Assembly: GCF_009914755.1 (NCBI RefSeq)
Contig: NC_060934.1
Length of the DNA stretch: 64,000 nucleotides
Source: the human T2T-CHM13v2.0 reference genome, Homo sapiens
Reading direction: 5' to 3' (one strand)
Position 1 is the first letter of the stretch; every line of letters starts with the position of its first letter. Under the pieces are notes generated by a model. That model was not told the DNA's origin. It did not search any database and was given only the letters and a program-made list of their open reading frames with translations. The position numbers and the translations under genes are program-made. This document shows, piece by piece, positions 43,585 to 57,376 of this stretch.

Positions 43585-43941
43585 GCATGCACTGAATTGT
43601 GTCCTCCCCAAATTTATATATTAAAGTCCCAACCCCTGGTTCCTCAGAATGCAGCTGTACTGTGGTTGGAGAGGATTTGTAAAGGTTAAATTAAACAAGG
43701 TCATTAGGGTGGGCCCTAATCCAGTACGACTGGTGTGCTTATAGGAACAGTTTAGGAAACAGACATGCACAGAGGGTAAAGCATGGGAGGACACAGGAGG
43801 AAGGTGGCTGACTCGGAGGAAACGACCCTCCCCACACCTTGACCTTGGACTTGCAGCCTGCAGAATTCTGAGAAAAAAATGTCTGTTTTTTTGTCACCCA
43901 GTGTGTGGGACTTTGTTTTGGCCACCTAGTGGACTAATACA
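43585..43941 (+). mobile_element. MLT1B-like LTR
   Basis: ctgaattgtgtcctccccaaatttata, ggtcattagggtgggccctaatccagtacgactgg, ends ctaataca. Confidence 0.82.
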
Positions 43942-45289
43942 ATGGCTTTGCTGTTAACAGCCCAGACCCACGTTTCCTGCACATAAGGCATGGGACTCAC
44001 TCATCCCCTCTGCCCAGGCCCAGCCCTGGTCTCCGAGCTGAGTTCACTGGGTAGGCTGCAGGCAGCAGGCAGGAGTGGGGCCTGATGGAACGGGCGATGC
44101 TGAGGCAGTGAGGGCGGCAGAGGGATGCTCACTGGCTCATGTGGCTCAGCTTCGTGGAAGCATCAGGAGCAGGAGTGAAGGAAGCAGGTGACAGGGGCCA
44201 CTCATGGGGAGACAGATGGGCAGGCTCCTCCACATGCTGGAGACAACTTTGGGAGCACCTGCTCCACCTGTTGCCACATCCTCAAACTTCCCCATACCCC
44301 ATGCTGGATCCAGCAGCAGCCCTGATTGTATGGTATGACCTTGGTGGTCAGATCAGGCATGGACAGCTTGACCCAGACTATGGGATCAGAATCTCTCCCC
44401 AGCAACGTGGCCATGGGGTCATCTGAACAGAGGATGAGCAACCGCAGACTTCAGGGCTACTAGCAGCCAAGTACACAGAGAGGCAGAGGTGGGGAGAAGG
44501 GAGCAGGTGCAGAGGGAGAGAAGGGGCAGAGCTGAGGCCGCATGGCCCAGGGAGCAGGGAAACCTGAAGGAGACCCCAAGCAGGGGTCCTGTGGGCTTTC
44601 CAATGTCTGGTCCTGCTGAGGCCTGGCTGCCCTTGTGATCATGAGCTGGCAACCTACAGTCACTACAGCCCTGTCCTTCTGGTCTCCTCTTGGGTCCTGC
44701 CTCTGCACAGCCTGTAGCCAGGCTCAGGCTGGGATCTCCCATATGGACCCTAAGACGGGCTTTCCTATACTTCCCATGGAAATTCTCCAGCTGATAGAAG
44801 AAGTGAACACTGATAGAAGATGAACAGCTGATAGAAGAAGCGTGGGGGTTTTCTCAAGTGGTCTGTAAAATTTTTGCAAGGTTTGTGGTTCATCTCAAAG
44901 ATTCGTAATTTCGAAATGGAAGTCTTAATAGTTAGGGAAATTTTTCACATACCCCGAAGGGCTCCTCTTTCTCCAGGGTTGGGTCAAAGTCTTGTGTCCA
45001 GAAGCCCCCTGGTCGGCAGTCCTCTTGGCTTCCCCTATCACCCAGTGTCCAGCCTGCATGGGCCCTTCAGTCCCAGGGGCCATGGTGAGGCTGGATCCCT
45101 GGGCCTGGCACCATCTAGACACCCCTTGGTGGTCCAGTGATGTGCAAGCTACATCTCTAACCCCCTGACCTCTGCCTTCTCTACCTCCCTGCCCACTCCC
45201 TCATTCAGAGACACTGAGCGTCACCTCTCAGGAGTTTCCATCTTAACGCAAGATGGAAGAGAGTTTCACTTCAGGCCACTGTTGCCCAC

Positions 45290-45662
45290 TGTATCTTAGT
45301 CCATTTGGGCTGCTCTAAAGAAACTACCACAAACTGTATACTTTTCAAACAACAGGAATTTATTTTAAACAGTTCTGGAGTCTGGGAAGTCCATATCAAG
45401 GCAGATTGAGTTTCTGGTGAGAGTCAGCTCTCTGGTTCATTGTTAGCATCTTTTGGCCAACAATGTCTCCTGTGTTCTCCCACAGTGGAAGGGGCGAGGC
45501 AGCCCTCTGGGGCCTCTTTTATAAAGACACTAATTCAATCCATGAGGCTCCACCCTGGTAACCTAATCATCTCCCCATACTCCCACTTCCTCATACCATC
45601 CCTTTGGGTTTAGGATTTCAACATATGAATCTTTAGGGGACACTAACTTTCAGGTCATAGCA
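45290..45662 (-). mobile_element. MLT1A0-like LTR
   Basis: tgtatcttagtccatttgggctgct...ttcaggtcatagca. Confidence 0.8.
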
Positions 45663-45664
45663 TT

Positions 45665-45896
45665 TGGACTTACACCATTGCCTCACCCCCGCCCCTCTAA
45701 TTCTTGGGCCTTCGGACTCAGACTGAGTCACACCACTGACATTCTTCTTTCTCTAGCTTGCAGATAGCAAACCATGGGACTTCTCGGTCTCAATAACCAC
45801 ATGAGCCAATTCTTAATAATAAATCTCCTCTTACATATACATATACCCGTATATATCCTATTGGTTCTATTTCTCTGGCTATCCCTGGCTAATACA
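45665..45896 (+). mobile_element. MLT2 LTR, 3' half
   Basis: ggacttacacca...catgagccaattcttaataataaatctc...tcctattggttctatttctctgg...ctaataca. Confidence 0.8.
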
Positions 45897-46005
45897 CACT
45901 GCAAGCACCTGTGCAATACCAAGGGCCTGGCCATCTGCTTGAAATGTAAAATAGAAAACACACCCCCCCACACAGAGAGATGGAGAGAGAGAGAGAGAGA
46001 GAGAG

Positions 46006-48165
46006 ACCCTGTCCAGAGCCACCCACCCAGTGCCTGTCCCTAGACCAAGGCCCAGTCCCCTTCACCTGTCTCCATCATAAGCGTCACCAGCCTGTCTGAC
46101 AAACTGCCCAGCAAAGTTATTGACATTGGCCTGGCCGCCTGGGGATGCAAGGCCCTGAACATTGTAGAGAATGAGATGCCAGGCCTGATGCACATGTGGG
46201 AGCTGTACTCGGCCTCCAAGCCACTAGAGGGCACCCACAGTGCCAGCTGCCTGCACATGACCATGGAGATGGCCATCCACATTGGGTCCCTCATCACCCT
46301 GGGTGCCCCAGCAGCAACATCTTCCTCACCCTGGACCATGTGTTGGCTGCCATTGCCAAGGCTGGCATTCCAGTTTACACCTGGAAGGGCAAAAGAATGC
46401 AGAGTACCCATGGTGCATCGAGCAGTCACTGTAATTCAGGGATGGGCTCTCAACATTATTCTGGAGGATGGGGGTGACCTTGCCAACCTCTTCCACACCA
46501 AGTACTCACAGCTCTTGCTGGGCATCTGAGGCACCTCCAAGGAGACCATGACGGGTCCACAACCCACACAGGATGATGGTCAATGGGATCCTGAAGGTGC
46601 CTGCCATCAATGTCAATGACTCCCTCACCAAGAGTGAGTTCAACAAGCTCTATGGCTGCTGGGAGTCCCTCATAGATGGCATCAAGTGGGCCACAGTGGT
46701 GATGATTGCCGGCAAGGTAGCGATGGTAGCAGGCTATGGCAATGTGGGCAAGGGCTGTGCCCAGGCCCTGTGGGGTTTCGGGGCCCACGTCATCATCACC
46801 AAGATCGACCCCATCAATGCACTGCAGGCTGCCATGGAGGGCTATGAGGTGACCACCATGGATGAAGCCTGTCAGGAGGGCAACATCTTTATCACCACCA
46901 CAGCCTGTGTCAACATCATCCTTGGCCGGCACTTTGAACAGATGAAGGATGATGCCATTGTATGTAACACTGGACACTTTGAGGTGGAGGTCAATGTCAA
47001 GTGGCTCAGTGAGAACCCTTGGAGAAGGTGGCCATCAAGCCCCAGGTGGCCGGGTACTGGATGAAGAATGGGCGCCACACCATCCTGCTGGCTGAGGGTC
47101 GGCTGGTCAGCCTGGGTTGTGCCATGGGCCACCCTGGCTTTGTGATGAGTGACTCATCAACCAGGTGACTGCACAGAATGAGCTGTGAATCCACCCAGAG
47201 AAGTACCCCATTGAGGTTCATGTCCTACCCAAGAAGCTGGATGAGGCAGTGGCTGAAGCCCACCTGGGCAAGCTGATCATGAAATTGACCAAGCTGACTG
47301 AGAAACAGGCCCAGTACCTGGGGCATCTCCCCTGATTGCCCCTTCAAGGCTGATCACTACCGCTACTGAGAGCCAGGCCTGCATTTCACCTTCCAGCTGC
47401 TGTTCTTGCCCAGGCCCTGCCTCTCCTTCTTAAGAGCGAATGGCACCAACTTTGTGATTGGTTTGTCAGCATCCCCCATGGACTCCCCAGGGCCGTTCAC
47501 TCAGTTTTTGGCTTCTGCTGCACCCCTCATACTATTCCAAGTGTGTCAGGGGAACTGAGAGTCCCCTCCTCAAGCCTGGTCATGGTGGAAGTATGAGGGA
47601 GACAGCCACAGGGAACTGTGAGCTCAATGGTCTTGGAACTGCTCACTAAGTCAGTCCTTCCTTAACCTGGATGTCAGCAGTGGAGTCGCAAAGCCCACGT
47701 ACTTTACCATCTAGGCCTTCACCTGGCCTGTGGACTTATACCCTGTGCTTGGTTTATGGTTCAGTCATTCCTCAGCCCGTGACAGATGAGAAGGAACTGT
47801 ATTGAAGGGCAAGGAGGAACTGTTTCAATTTTCCTGAGAGCTTGGCTTAATGCTGGACCTTCTCTTAAACCTCGTAACAATGAGATTGGTACTTTCAGTC
47901 CCTGTTTCACAGGGATTAGAATACACTCTTAAGGGACAACTGAGAAAGAACAGAGAAGTGACAGCCAGAGGTTGAGAGGGGCCAGAAAAGCATAAAAGCA
48001 GGCACAGATCAGCCACCACTTTGTAACAAGAGGGTTCCTATCACAACCTTGGGTCAAAAAGAGAATAATTTGGCTTATAATGTTTATAATGTTAAAAGAA
48101 AGCAGGAAGGTAGGTAAATAAAAATCTCAATGCCATTAAAAAAAGAAGGAAAGAAAAAAGAAACA
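46006..48165 (+). pseudogene. AHCYP1: Processed pseudogene of adenosylhomocysteinase (AHCY)
   Basis: Intronless 5'UTR, CDS (46092-47369: SDKLP..., [22 protein letters not shown], ...DHYRY*) and 3'UTR; AATAAA at 48117-48122 and A-rich tail. ATG changed to CTG, frameshifting deletion near 46307, TGA at 46527. AHCY identity is firm; the P1 number is inferred from the neighbouring ANTXRL-like exon. Confidence 0.95.
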
Positions 48166-48264
48166 GAGAGGGAGAACACAAAACGGAATGAATGTTTCAA
48201 TAGATATCTGACCAGGTATGCAAATTACCCAGCCCAGCACAGGCAGAAGCACTAGGCAGTGCTT

Positions 48265-48399
48265 GAGACATGGAGTTCCCTTCTGCCCCTCTGTCTCCCT
48301 CTACATGCTGGGCCTACTCAGGGAATCCTGGTGAGAGATGGAGTTCCCTTCTGCCCCTGTCTCTCTCTACATGCTGAGCCTACTCAGGGAATTCTGGTG
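48265..48399. repeat. Two-copy ~67-bp tandem duplication
   Basis: atggagttcccttctgcccct...ctctacatgctg(g/a)gcctactcagggaat(c/t)ctggtg occurs twice. Confidence 0.92.
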
Positions 48400-50499
48400 T
48401 TTACAGAAGGGGTCAGAGGAACTGCATGAAGACCACAGCTTTGTGTAGACACACAAGCTTCAACACAGGCATGTAGATGTGTGGTTGTATATGTGTGCAT
48501 GCGAGGAGTTTTGCAGCCATGCCTGGTGGGAGTCTGGGGGAGGCTCCTGGCTTCAAAGAGCCCAAGCCATTAGCCCAGGCTTGGAGACTTGAGCTGAGTG
48601 ATTGGAGGGAGGGGCTGAGCAGCAAGCTCAGGAATAGCCCAGGCCGGCCAGGAGGACAGTTCACCTAACCGTCAGTGGTGAGGGAGCCTCGCCCCAGCCC
48701 AGAGCTGGGTCCACTGGCCAGCCAGGTGGAGGGGTTCCTTCAGGCTCTAGTGATGACCTGGCAGGAAGCTGGGGACATGCTCTAGGCTGTGAGCCTCTGT
48801 GAGAGGCAGGTGGATACTTCCCCCATATCCCCACTCCTGGTTGCAGATTCTGCACTTGCGGACAGGAACCGAGTGCCCAGTACACTTCTGCAGACAGTTG
48901 CTCTGCATTGACTCCTGCTTCCTCCACTTAAAAGTTGTGGGATGTTAAGCAAGTTGCTATAAATTCTCAGACCTGTACTTTCCTAATCTATCAAATGTGA
49001 AGAAAGCAAGCCAAGGTCACAAAATATTAGTGAGTCTACAACAATTCACCCGCGGTGATCAGCAGCACATACCCAAGGAGGATAAAAGAAAGTTGATAAA
49101 ACTCCCCGGTGTTCTGATGTGACGTCCCCACCTCCTAGGACCAAGGGTCTAGCACAGAGTAGAGGCTTAGGATGTATCAAGGCCCCATTGAGCTCTGGGA
49201 GTTCTGGCTCTGCCCACTTTAATGATAAATGATCAGAGTGCTGCACTAAGGCAGCTTCACCATTAAGCAGCCATCTGGGAGGGCCTGGTGGTTCAGCTCC
49301 CAACTGCGGAAGGGGGCAACCTGGGGAAGTGCACAGGGCTCTGGACTAGAGCCAGAAGACTCAGCTGCTAAAGCCCAGCCCAGCCCTCCTACACTTTCCT
49401 ACACTTCAACCCACCTGATGCCTCCTCTCTTGGAGGCTCGAGCCCCTGGTGGTGGGTGTGGGGTGGGGGATCTAAGGGCTCACCTTGTCACTAGGCAGTC
49501 CCTGTCCCAATCACCTCCATGCCTTTTTGCTGGGGCTTGTGGGTTGACAGTTGAAGTTTCAGGACCCCAGGAAAAGTGCCTTAAATAACACATTCCTGCA
49601 AACGGATAGGCATTTATTTTCCCATTGATTGGAGATGGTCGCGGTAGCACATCCTATGTGGGTCTGGTTCCTGCCGTTATTCTCTCCCTCACCATGGTGC
49701 TCCCCAGAGGACTCCCTAACAAAATAAACCTCCTACGTGTACATTTTCCTCTCCAGTCTGTTTCTAAGCCCCTGTGAGGAGTTCAGCTAATACAGGTGTG
49801 CAGACTGGGTGTGCACATCTGCCTCCAAAAGTCCCACCAGGGTCTTGCCATGAAGGGAGCCTTCCCTGGTAGGTTAGGAAAACCAGTAGGAGAGCTAAAG
49901 CTCCAGGGTCCTTGCCCTCAGTGATTGGTGCCCTAGCGGGGACTGGGCACTGTCCACAAATCTATCCCCAACTCCTTCTTGGATGCACAGCTACTAAATT
50001 GTAGCCTCCCCTGCAGCTCAGCGGGCTGTGTCTGAGCTCATGGCAGTGGCAGGTGCACATGCCTGTCACCCAGCCTAGCCCTGCTCCTTCTGTCTGGCTG
50101 ATAAGAAGCTGATCTCAAAAGAATGCTCTTGCCTGGCAGAGCTTCCCCTGCATATTGAGGTCCCTGAATGACCAACGGAGGCCTGCAGTGCCCCTGGGGG
50201 CCTGGACCCTCTCTGTGCCGTCCCAGGGGTGAGCAGTGCCCTGGCTTCTTGTGAGCTTCCATGTGGGGCTACTCGTTACCTCACCTGCTCTGGCTCATTC
50301 CAGCTCTACAGGGGTGCTTAACGTGACATCCATTGGACTCTCAGAAATGTGTGTTCTTATAGTTCTGGTCTAAAATAAGGAATAAAAATTGCCCACCGTG
50401 TTCCCTTTTGTACACTTTGGTTTTGGGCAGCTCTGATGTGAGACTTGTTTTCTGAAATTATGCTGCCCCTCCCCCGAGGAGGGGGCAATGGAACAGTGG

Positions 50500-53400
50500 C
50501 AGCCAAGGAGTAGAAGTAGTTAGTTGGCACCTCTCAGGCATCAAAAGAGTGAGTAAATACTAACACTTCAAACAGATCCTCTAGGAGAGCACGCTGAAAT
50601 TCACCAGAGACATGATGGGAATCAGACAGCAGAGGAGAGGGAAGCCTGCCGAGCTGGGACCCCCATGGAGCGGAAAGGGGCTCCCTAACACAGGGAAGAG
50701 GTGAGCAAGTGAGAGAACCCTGAAATTTCACAACTCCACCATGGACCTTCGCAATCCTAGTCACAGGGAGCCCTCTCATTGCCCCCGGGCCTCCAGATGA
50801 ACACAGGGAGCCTGCTGGAGACTGTGCAGAGGCACTGCTCAAGCCTACATGGATCCCACAGGCTTTTGATCCCTGATCTGCCTGGTGCAGCTGCTGCTGC
50901 CTGCCATGGAGGGGAACTGGGCACTTTCGTGTGCCCCAAAGACAGATACTGCAGCTGTGGTAAGGAGGAGTGGGTAGACAAGGCTTCCCTCTGCTGCTCC
51001 TCTCTGCCAAACGGGACTTGCCTGCTTTGGTGACAGGCTGCCAGTGCCACCGCCCACCCCTGACTGAGCATGACAGCCACAGCTCACTGTTCCCCTGAGA
51101 ACCCAACCCCCAGAGGCTGCCCATTAGCCCGTTCCACCACAGGCTTGCCTCTGCTGCCCCAGGCCAGGAAGGGAGCAGGAAGGTCAGGCACCTTCCTGAG
51201 CTCCTAACAGCAAAATCCAGCTTTGGGAGAGAAGTGCAAGTGGACCATGAGCCCAACAACTATCATTGCTCATTGCCCCAGCTGAAGGTTCCTGCCCTCC
51301 TGGGTGAACGGTGCACAGCACAGCCACCCTGCTATGCCTGAACATTGCAGCTGTGGCCTGGAGCCCTTCGGAAAGCCCAGCCCCCACAGTCCTGTGATCT
51401 GTTCTCAGGCTCCAGGGGATCAGCCCACCCCTCCCTATCACAGCCAGCACCTGAACTCTGGGCTGACTAGATCCTGGTCCAGCCACATCAGGACTCCTAC
51501 ATGCCATCTAGTGGGTCACTGAGAGGTGTGGGAGTTGGGGAATTACCTAGCCCAGTCCAACATCGCTGGCACCTGACTACCCTCTGGACCTGAGTTTGGG
51601 CCCACCCAAGCAGCCAACACTAGCCATGACTCCCACCCACATGGCTGACAGGCAGAGCCATTCTCCCTCTCTCCATGGGGCGGCGGCATTACCACATTGG
51701 AGAACAGGCGAGCCATACAACTGCCTGCATTGGGCTGAGTGAAGAATTTCCACCCTGAAGCCACTCCTGCGGAGAGGCACAGGACAGGCATTTTCCACGT
51801 CTCTCAGCCACACTGTGGCCTGCAGATAGACCACAGTGTGCATCTGAACTGAGACACCAGCCCCAGAACAGGGGTGTGATAGGGAAGCAGATTGCATTCC
51901 TGCCTATCTAGACGTGGAGCCAGTGCAGCCCCCTCATCCCACCACAGAGACCTCTGTGCATGTCATCAGGAGCTCCCCCAGCCACCCCTATCATGGCTGG
52001 TGCCTACGCTTATCATTTGGGGTATTTGTGGGAAAGCCAGGGTTCCAGCTCTGCCCAGCTGCAACCTCTCTTCCACCCTCCCAACCTACTCTGAGCAGGA
52101 AGCTCAGGGAACCTGGCATTCCGCTGTCCAGTCCATCAGCTGAAACAATAGAGAGCACCTCAGTGAGCAAAGGTCAAATATACACCCACGCGCTTATGCC
52201 ACAGCCAGTAGTTAGTGAGAATCTCTCAGGCATCAAAATAGTGAGTAAATACTAACACTTCAAATAGATCCTTTAAGAGAGCATGCTGAAATTCACCAGA
52301 GACATGACAGGAATCACAGACAGCAGAGGAGAGTAAAGCCTGCACAGCTGGGACCCCCATGGAGCGAAAAGAGGTTCCCTAACACAGAAGTGCCCCCTAC
52401 TGGCCTGCAGGTTGAACTGCACAGCCCAATAAAAAACAGAAGTGCACAGGGCTGCAGGAGAAAGGCCATAACCCCTACAGTGACACCCTCAAGGCGGGGG
52501 GAGGGAGAGATAACAGAGAAAATATCCCACATAAATGAAAATAAATTTGAACATAAGAAGTGTCAGCTCCTCCAGATGAGAAGGAACCAGTGTAAAAATT
52601 CTAGCACCATGAAAGATCTGAATGTTGTGACAACATCAAATAATCACACTAGCTCTCCAGCAATGAGCCCCAACGAAAATGAAAACCCCAAAATTACAGA
52701 TAAAGAATTAAATGTATGGATTGCAGGGAAGGTAAATGAGAGCCAAGAGAAAGTTGAAAACTAACACAAAGAAACCATGAAAGCAAACCAGGAAATGAAG
52801 GAAGAGATAAATACCTTTAAAACAACAACAGAACTTCCGGAAATAAAAAATACACTTAAAGAATTTCAAAATACAGTTAAAAGCTTTAATGATCCAAGCA
52901 GAAGAAAAAATTTTCAGATCTTGAAGACTGGTATTTTGTTAACATAGTCAGACAAAAATATAGAAAAATGAATTTTAAAAAAGAACAAATAAAGATGGGA
53001 TTTTCACCAAACCTATAACTTATAGACATTCCTGAGAGAGAATAAGAAAAAGTAAGCAAAGCTGGAAAACATATCTGGGGGAATAATTCAGGAAAATTTC
53101 CTTAATCTTTCTAGAGAGGTAGACTTCAAAATATAAGAAACTCAGAATACACCTATAATTTACAGAATGGGAGAACATATTTGCAAATTATGCTTCCAAC
53201 AAAGGACTAATATCCAGAATATATAAGGAAGTCAAACAACTAAACAGAAAAAACCAAAGAACTTCATTTAAAACTGAGCAAAGGATATGAACACTCATTT
53301 CTCAAAAGAAGAAATATAAGCAGCAAACACATGAAAAAATTCTCAACATCACCAATTATTAGAGAAAGGCAAATTAACACCACACTGAAATATCATCTTA

Positions 53401-54085
53401 TACCAGTCAGAATGGCTATTTTTAAAAAGTTAAAAAACAACAGATGTTGGTGTGGATGTAGAGAAAATGAAACATTCATACACTGATGGTGGGAATGTAA
53501 ATTAATTAAATATCTATGGAAATCAGCTTGGAGATTTTTCAAAGAACTAAAAATAGAACTACCATGTTACTAAGTAATCCAACTACTGGGTATCTATCCA
53601 AAGGAAAAGAAATCATTATATAAAAAAAGACATCTGTACTCGTACATTTAACTCAGCACTATTCACAATAGCAAAGTCATGGAACCAATCTAAGTATCCA
53701 TCTTTGGTTGGCCAGATAAATAAAATGTGGTATATATACACTATGGAATATTATGCAGCCATAAAAAAGGAAATTATGTTCTTTGCAGCAACATGGTGGA
53801 GGTGGAGGCCATTATCCGAAGCGAACTAACTCAGAAACAAAAAATCAAATACTGCATGTTCTCGCTTATAAGTGGGAACTAAACAATACGTATACATCGA
53901 CATAAGGATGGAAATAAGGTGGGAAATAAGAGGGTGGGAGGGGGATGAGGGCTGAAAGACTGCCTATTGGAAACAATTTTCAGTATCTGGGTGATGGCTA
54001 CGCTAGAAGCCCAATCTCCACCAGTACACAATATATCCTTGAAACAAACATGCACATGTGCCCCCTGAATCTAAAATTTAAAAAG
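50500..54085 (+). mobile_element. L1PB-type element: 5'UTR and ORF1 start joined to ORF2 end and 3'UTR
   Basis: ORF1-like QMRRNQCKNSSTMKDLNVVT; jump to tacagaatgggagaacatatttgcaaa at ~53161; L1PB3/4-like 3' end ccccctgaatctaaaatttaaaaa. Confidence 0.85.
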
Positions 54086-54747
54086 GCAGCCCACCTGCAA
54101 CTCAGTCCACCTGCATGACCAAGGGTTGTGCCCCCTTTTCTCCCTTCACTAGGGTGAGGAGCTTCTGACTGATGCCAAACCAGGGAGATCAACTCAGCTG
54201 GAGTGGAGGAGGCAGGGCTGGAGTGGCCCACAGAAGGGTGGCTGGCAAAGTTCCCTCTGCCTGCTCCTACTGTCACTGTTCAACACAGAAAGCCTGGGAG
54301 GGTCCCTGTGGGTGGCCAGGGTGGAGGGGTTCTCCCCTCTGATGTCCTCTAAGCTCGCCTTCTTAATCTATGACTTCCTCCCTTGAGGGATGAGGAAGGA
54401 TGACAGGCCCTAACTTGAGTTCACATTGGCTAAACTCCAAAGGCTCTCAATCCCCATTAACAAACGTATGTTGATTTCACCAGGATCACATACAACTCTT
54501 CATGAAATTGCACATGCATTTCTCCTTATGGGGTCTCAGAGCCACAGAGATGGAAAGCAGCATCTTCATGTTTACACATGGGTTAACACAGGAGCACAGG
54601 CCAGCTGCAGAGAAGTGGGCTTGAACCTCCCAGGGCAGAAACATAGTTGTCATTAATTAGAGACAACCCAATCTGAGGAAGAGATAAAATCTCTCTACAC
54701 TTTTAGGTTATTTTAATTCCCTTTCTTTTTCCTATCTATCTATATAT

Positions 54748-54751
54748 CTTT

Positions 54752-54782
<31 letters not shown>

Positions 54783-55045
54783 TTTTGAGATAGGTTCTCA
54801 CTCTGTTGCCCAGTCTGGCGTGCAGAGGCTAGCTGCAACCTCCACCTACTGGGCTCAATCAATCCTCCCACCTCAGCCTCCTGAGTAGCTGGGACCAGAG
54901 GCAGGCCATCATGCCTGGCTAATTTTCATATTTTGGGTAGAGACGGGGTTTTGCTATGTTGTCCAAGTTGGTCTTGAACTCCTGGACTCAAGCAATCTGC
55001 CTGCCTTGGCCTCCCAAAGGCCTCCCATAAGCCACCATGCCTGAC
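54748..55045 (-). mobile_element. AluJ with internal deletions and (TTTA)n tail
   Basis: ctgggctcaatcaatcctcccacctcagcc, ctcctggactcaagcaatctg. Confidence 0.88.
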
Positions 55046-56946
55046 TTCCCTTTCTGCCTAATGAAAGCTTCCCCACACTTTTCCTGGTGTCATAAGTATA
55101 ATGAACATTTTGTCCCTGAGTCTTGAGAGACACACAGTTCCAGGCACCTTGTAAAGTTGCGTTGGCTGCTCTGGCACATTTGTATGTGGCTGTAGGCATT
55201 AGGCAGCTGGGCCAGGCAGTCTAGAGCCAGAGGGTGCACTGTCTGGCTGTCCATCCATTTCCACACCTGCACAGACATGTGACCCACCTCTCTGGACCCT
55301 GCCTATGGGGCCGCACACAGGCCATGCACCTGCTGGCCAGGCACCAGGCACCCTTGTCATAAATATCTCCACCTGTCCAGCAATGAGGTGGGAACACTCA
55401 ATTCTTTGTGAAAATCTCTGTATTTACAATACCAGAAGTGTGTGTATTTTGTGAAACAAAAACTCTCTAAAAAACAAAGCAAGACAAAAAATTGATGAAG
55501 CCAGGCCTCCCATTGCAGGAAGAATGTTGAGAAGTGAAGTGTGGAGGGGTGGCATGTTCTCTTTAGCACCGACGGTTGCTCAGGGAATGAGCCTCAAAAT
55601 GGAGAAAAACCAAATGACTGAGTCCCATCCACCCCCAGGGCTCCAGTGCTCTCCTCCATTTCCTCAACATTGACCTGGCTTATTTCTCTGGACGCCTTGT
55701 GCAGGGTGTTGTGTGCCTGGAAAAGCCTCTCATAACCAGCTTGGGAGATAGATGTGCAGACACAGAGGGGAGAGGCTGGGGAAGGGTGGGAGAGGCCTGT
55801 TTCCCAACATCGCAGCTGGCAGGACCCAGATGCGGAGTCCAGGCTGCGGCAGGACAGGCGGGTGCAAGACGGAGAAGGGGGACAAGAAAGAGTAACTCCT
55901 CGGGATGACGGCATTGAAGGTCAAAGTCATGCAACCTAGAGAAAGCCCCCAAAGCCCTACACATATAGGCAAGCCATTGTGTTGAAGCCTAAAAAAAAAA
56001 AACAAAACATGGAGCGGGGACATTGCCATCCAAATTAGTCAATACTGTTTAAAACCTAAACCTGTTATATTTTTAACTTGTACTTACCTTTCAAAAATTC
56101 TACGGAAAAGCATAAATATTGCATTCTAGTAGATGGGGGAGGTGGAGAGCAGTTGATTTACTCTCAAGATAGATTAGGTATGACTGGACAACCTCAGCCA
56201 CAGCCCCCCAGGTGGTCCCCTCCTCATGCGCTCAGGGGCCCCATGTGAGGTGCCCTTGGCCTGTGTGGGTGGCACCTCGGGCTGTCCTGTAGCCACTGTC
56301 TGCACACACTGGATGGTAGGATCCTGCCTGTTGACACTCATCTCTGTTGGGGCTGTGCTTCCTTCTTTGGGGACAAATGACTAAGAGGGGAAGTTTATCT
56401 TCTGTAATGAAATGAGGAAAATTTGCTGAAGTTTGCTTGGGGGGACAGTGTGGGGTATCTACAAAGAGAATTCACATTTTCAGAAAGACACTCATTGCCT
56501 TCTGGGATACATTCAGAATTTGAGTAGCCAAAAAAATGGAAAGCAGGGACAAGGGTGTGAGGAGTATAGGAAATAAAATACACAAGTATTTTTCATTGCA
56601 AAAAAAGCTAGGGAGGGTGATACAGCATTGAATTCATATTTCAAAGACTTTGGGGGCTTTTTTTTAGAGAGGAATTTGGCCTAAGACCTCATGGTCCCAC
56701 CCTTTGGTGACAGATGAAGTTGGGGCTGTTAGGAGTGGAATGAATCCATGTCTGGCATCCCCATGGCACCAGGGTGCTGTGTTCTGGCAGGTGCAATATA
56801 AATCCAGCTCATTCAGAGGACAAGCTCCCTGGTGACAAACTCTTTGGTTGATCAGCAAGAATTCAACTCCTTTGACCATAAACAAAGGCTCAATGTATAT
56901 GTCCAGTTCAGCAACAAAGGCCTGTTCATCTTGGGTGTTTGGTGCC

Positions 56947-57376
<430 letters not shown>

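Noticed and set aside
46040-47221. Minus-strand ORFs of 71-173 aa
   Set aside because: Antisense shadows of the AHCY coding sequence.
50534-52764. Cluster of ORFs up to 241 aa
   Set aside because: All lie within the L1PB 5'UTR or ORF1 remnant.
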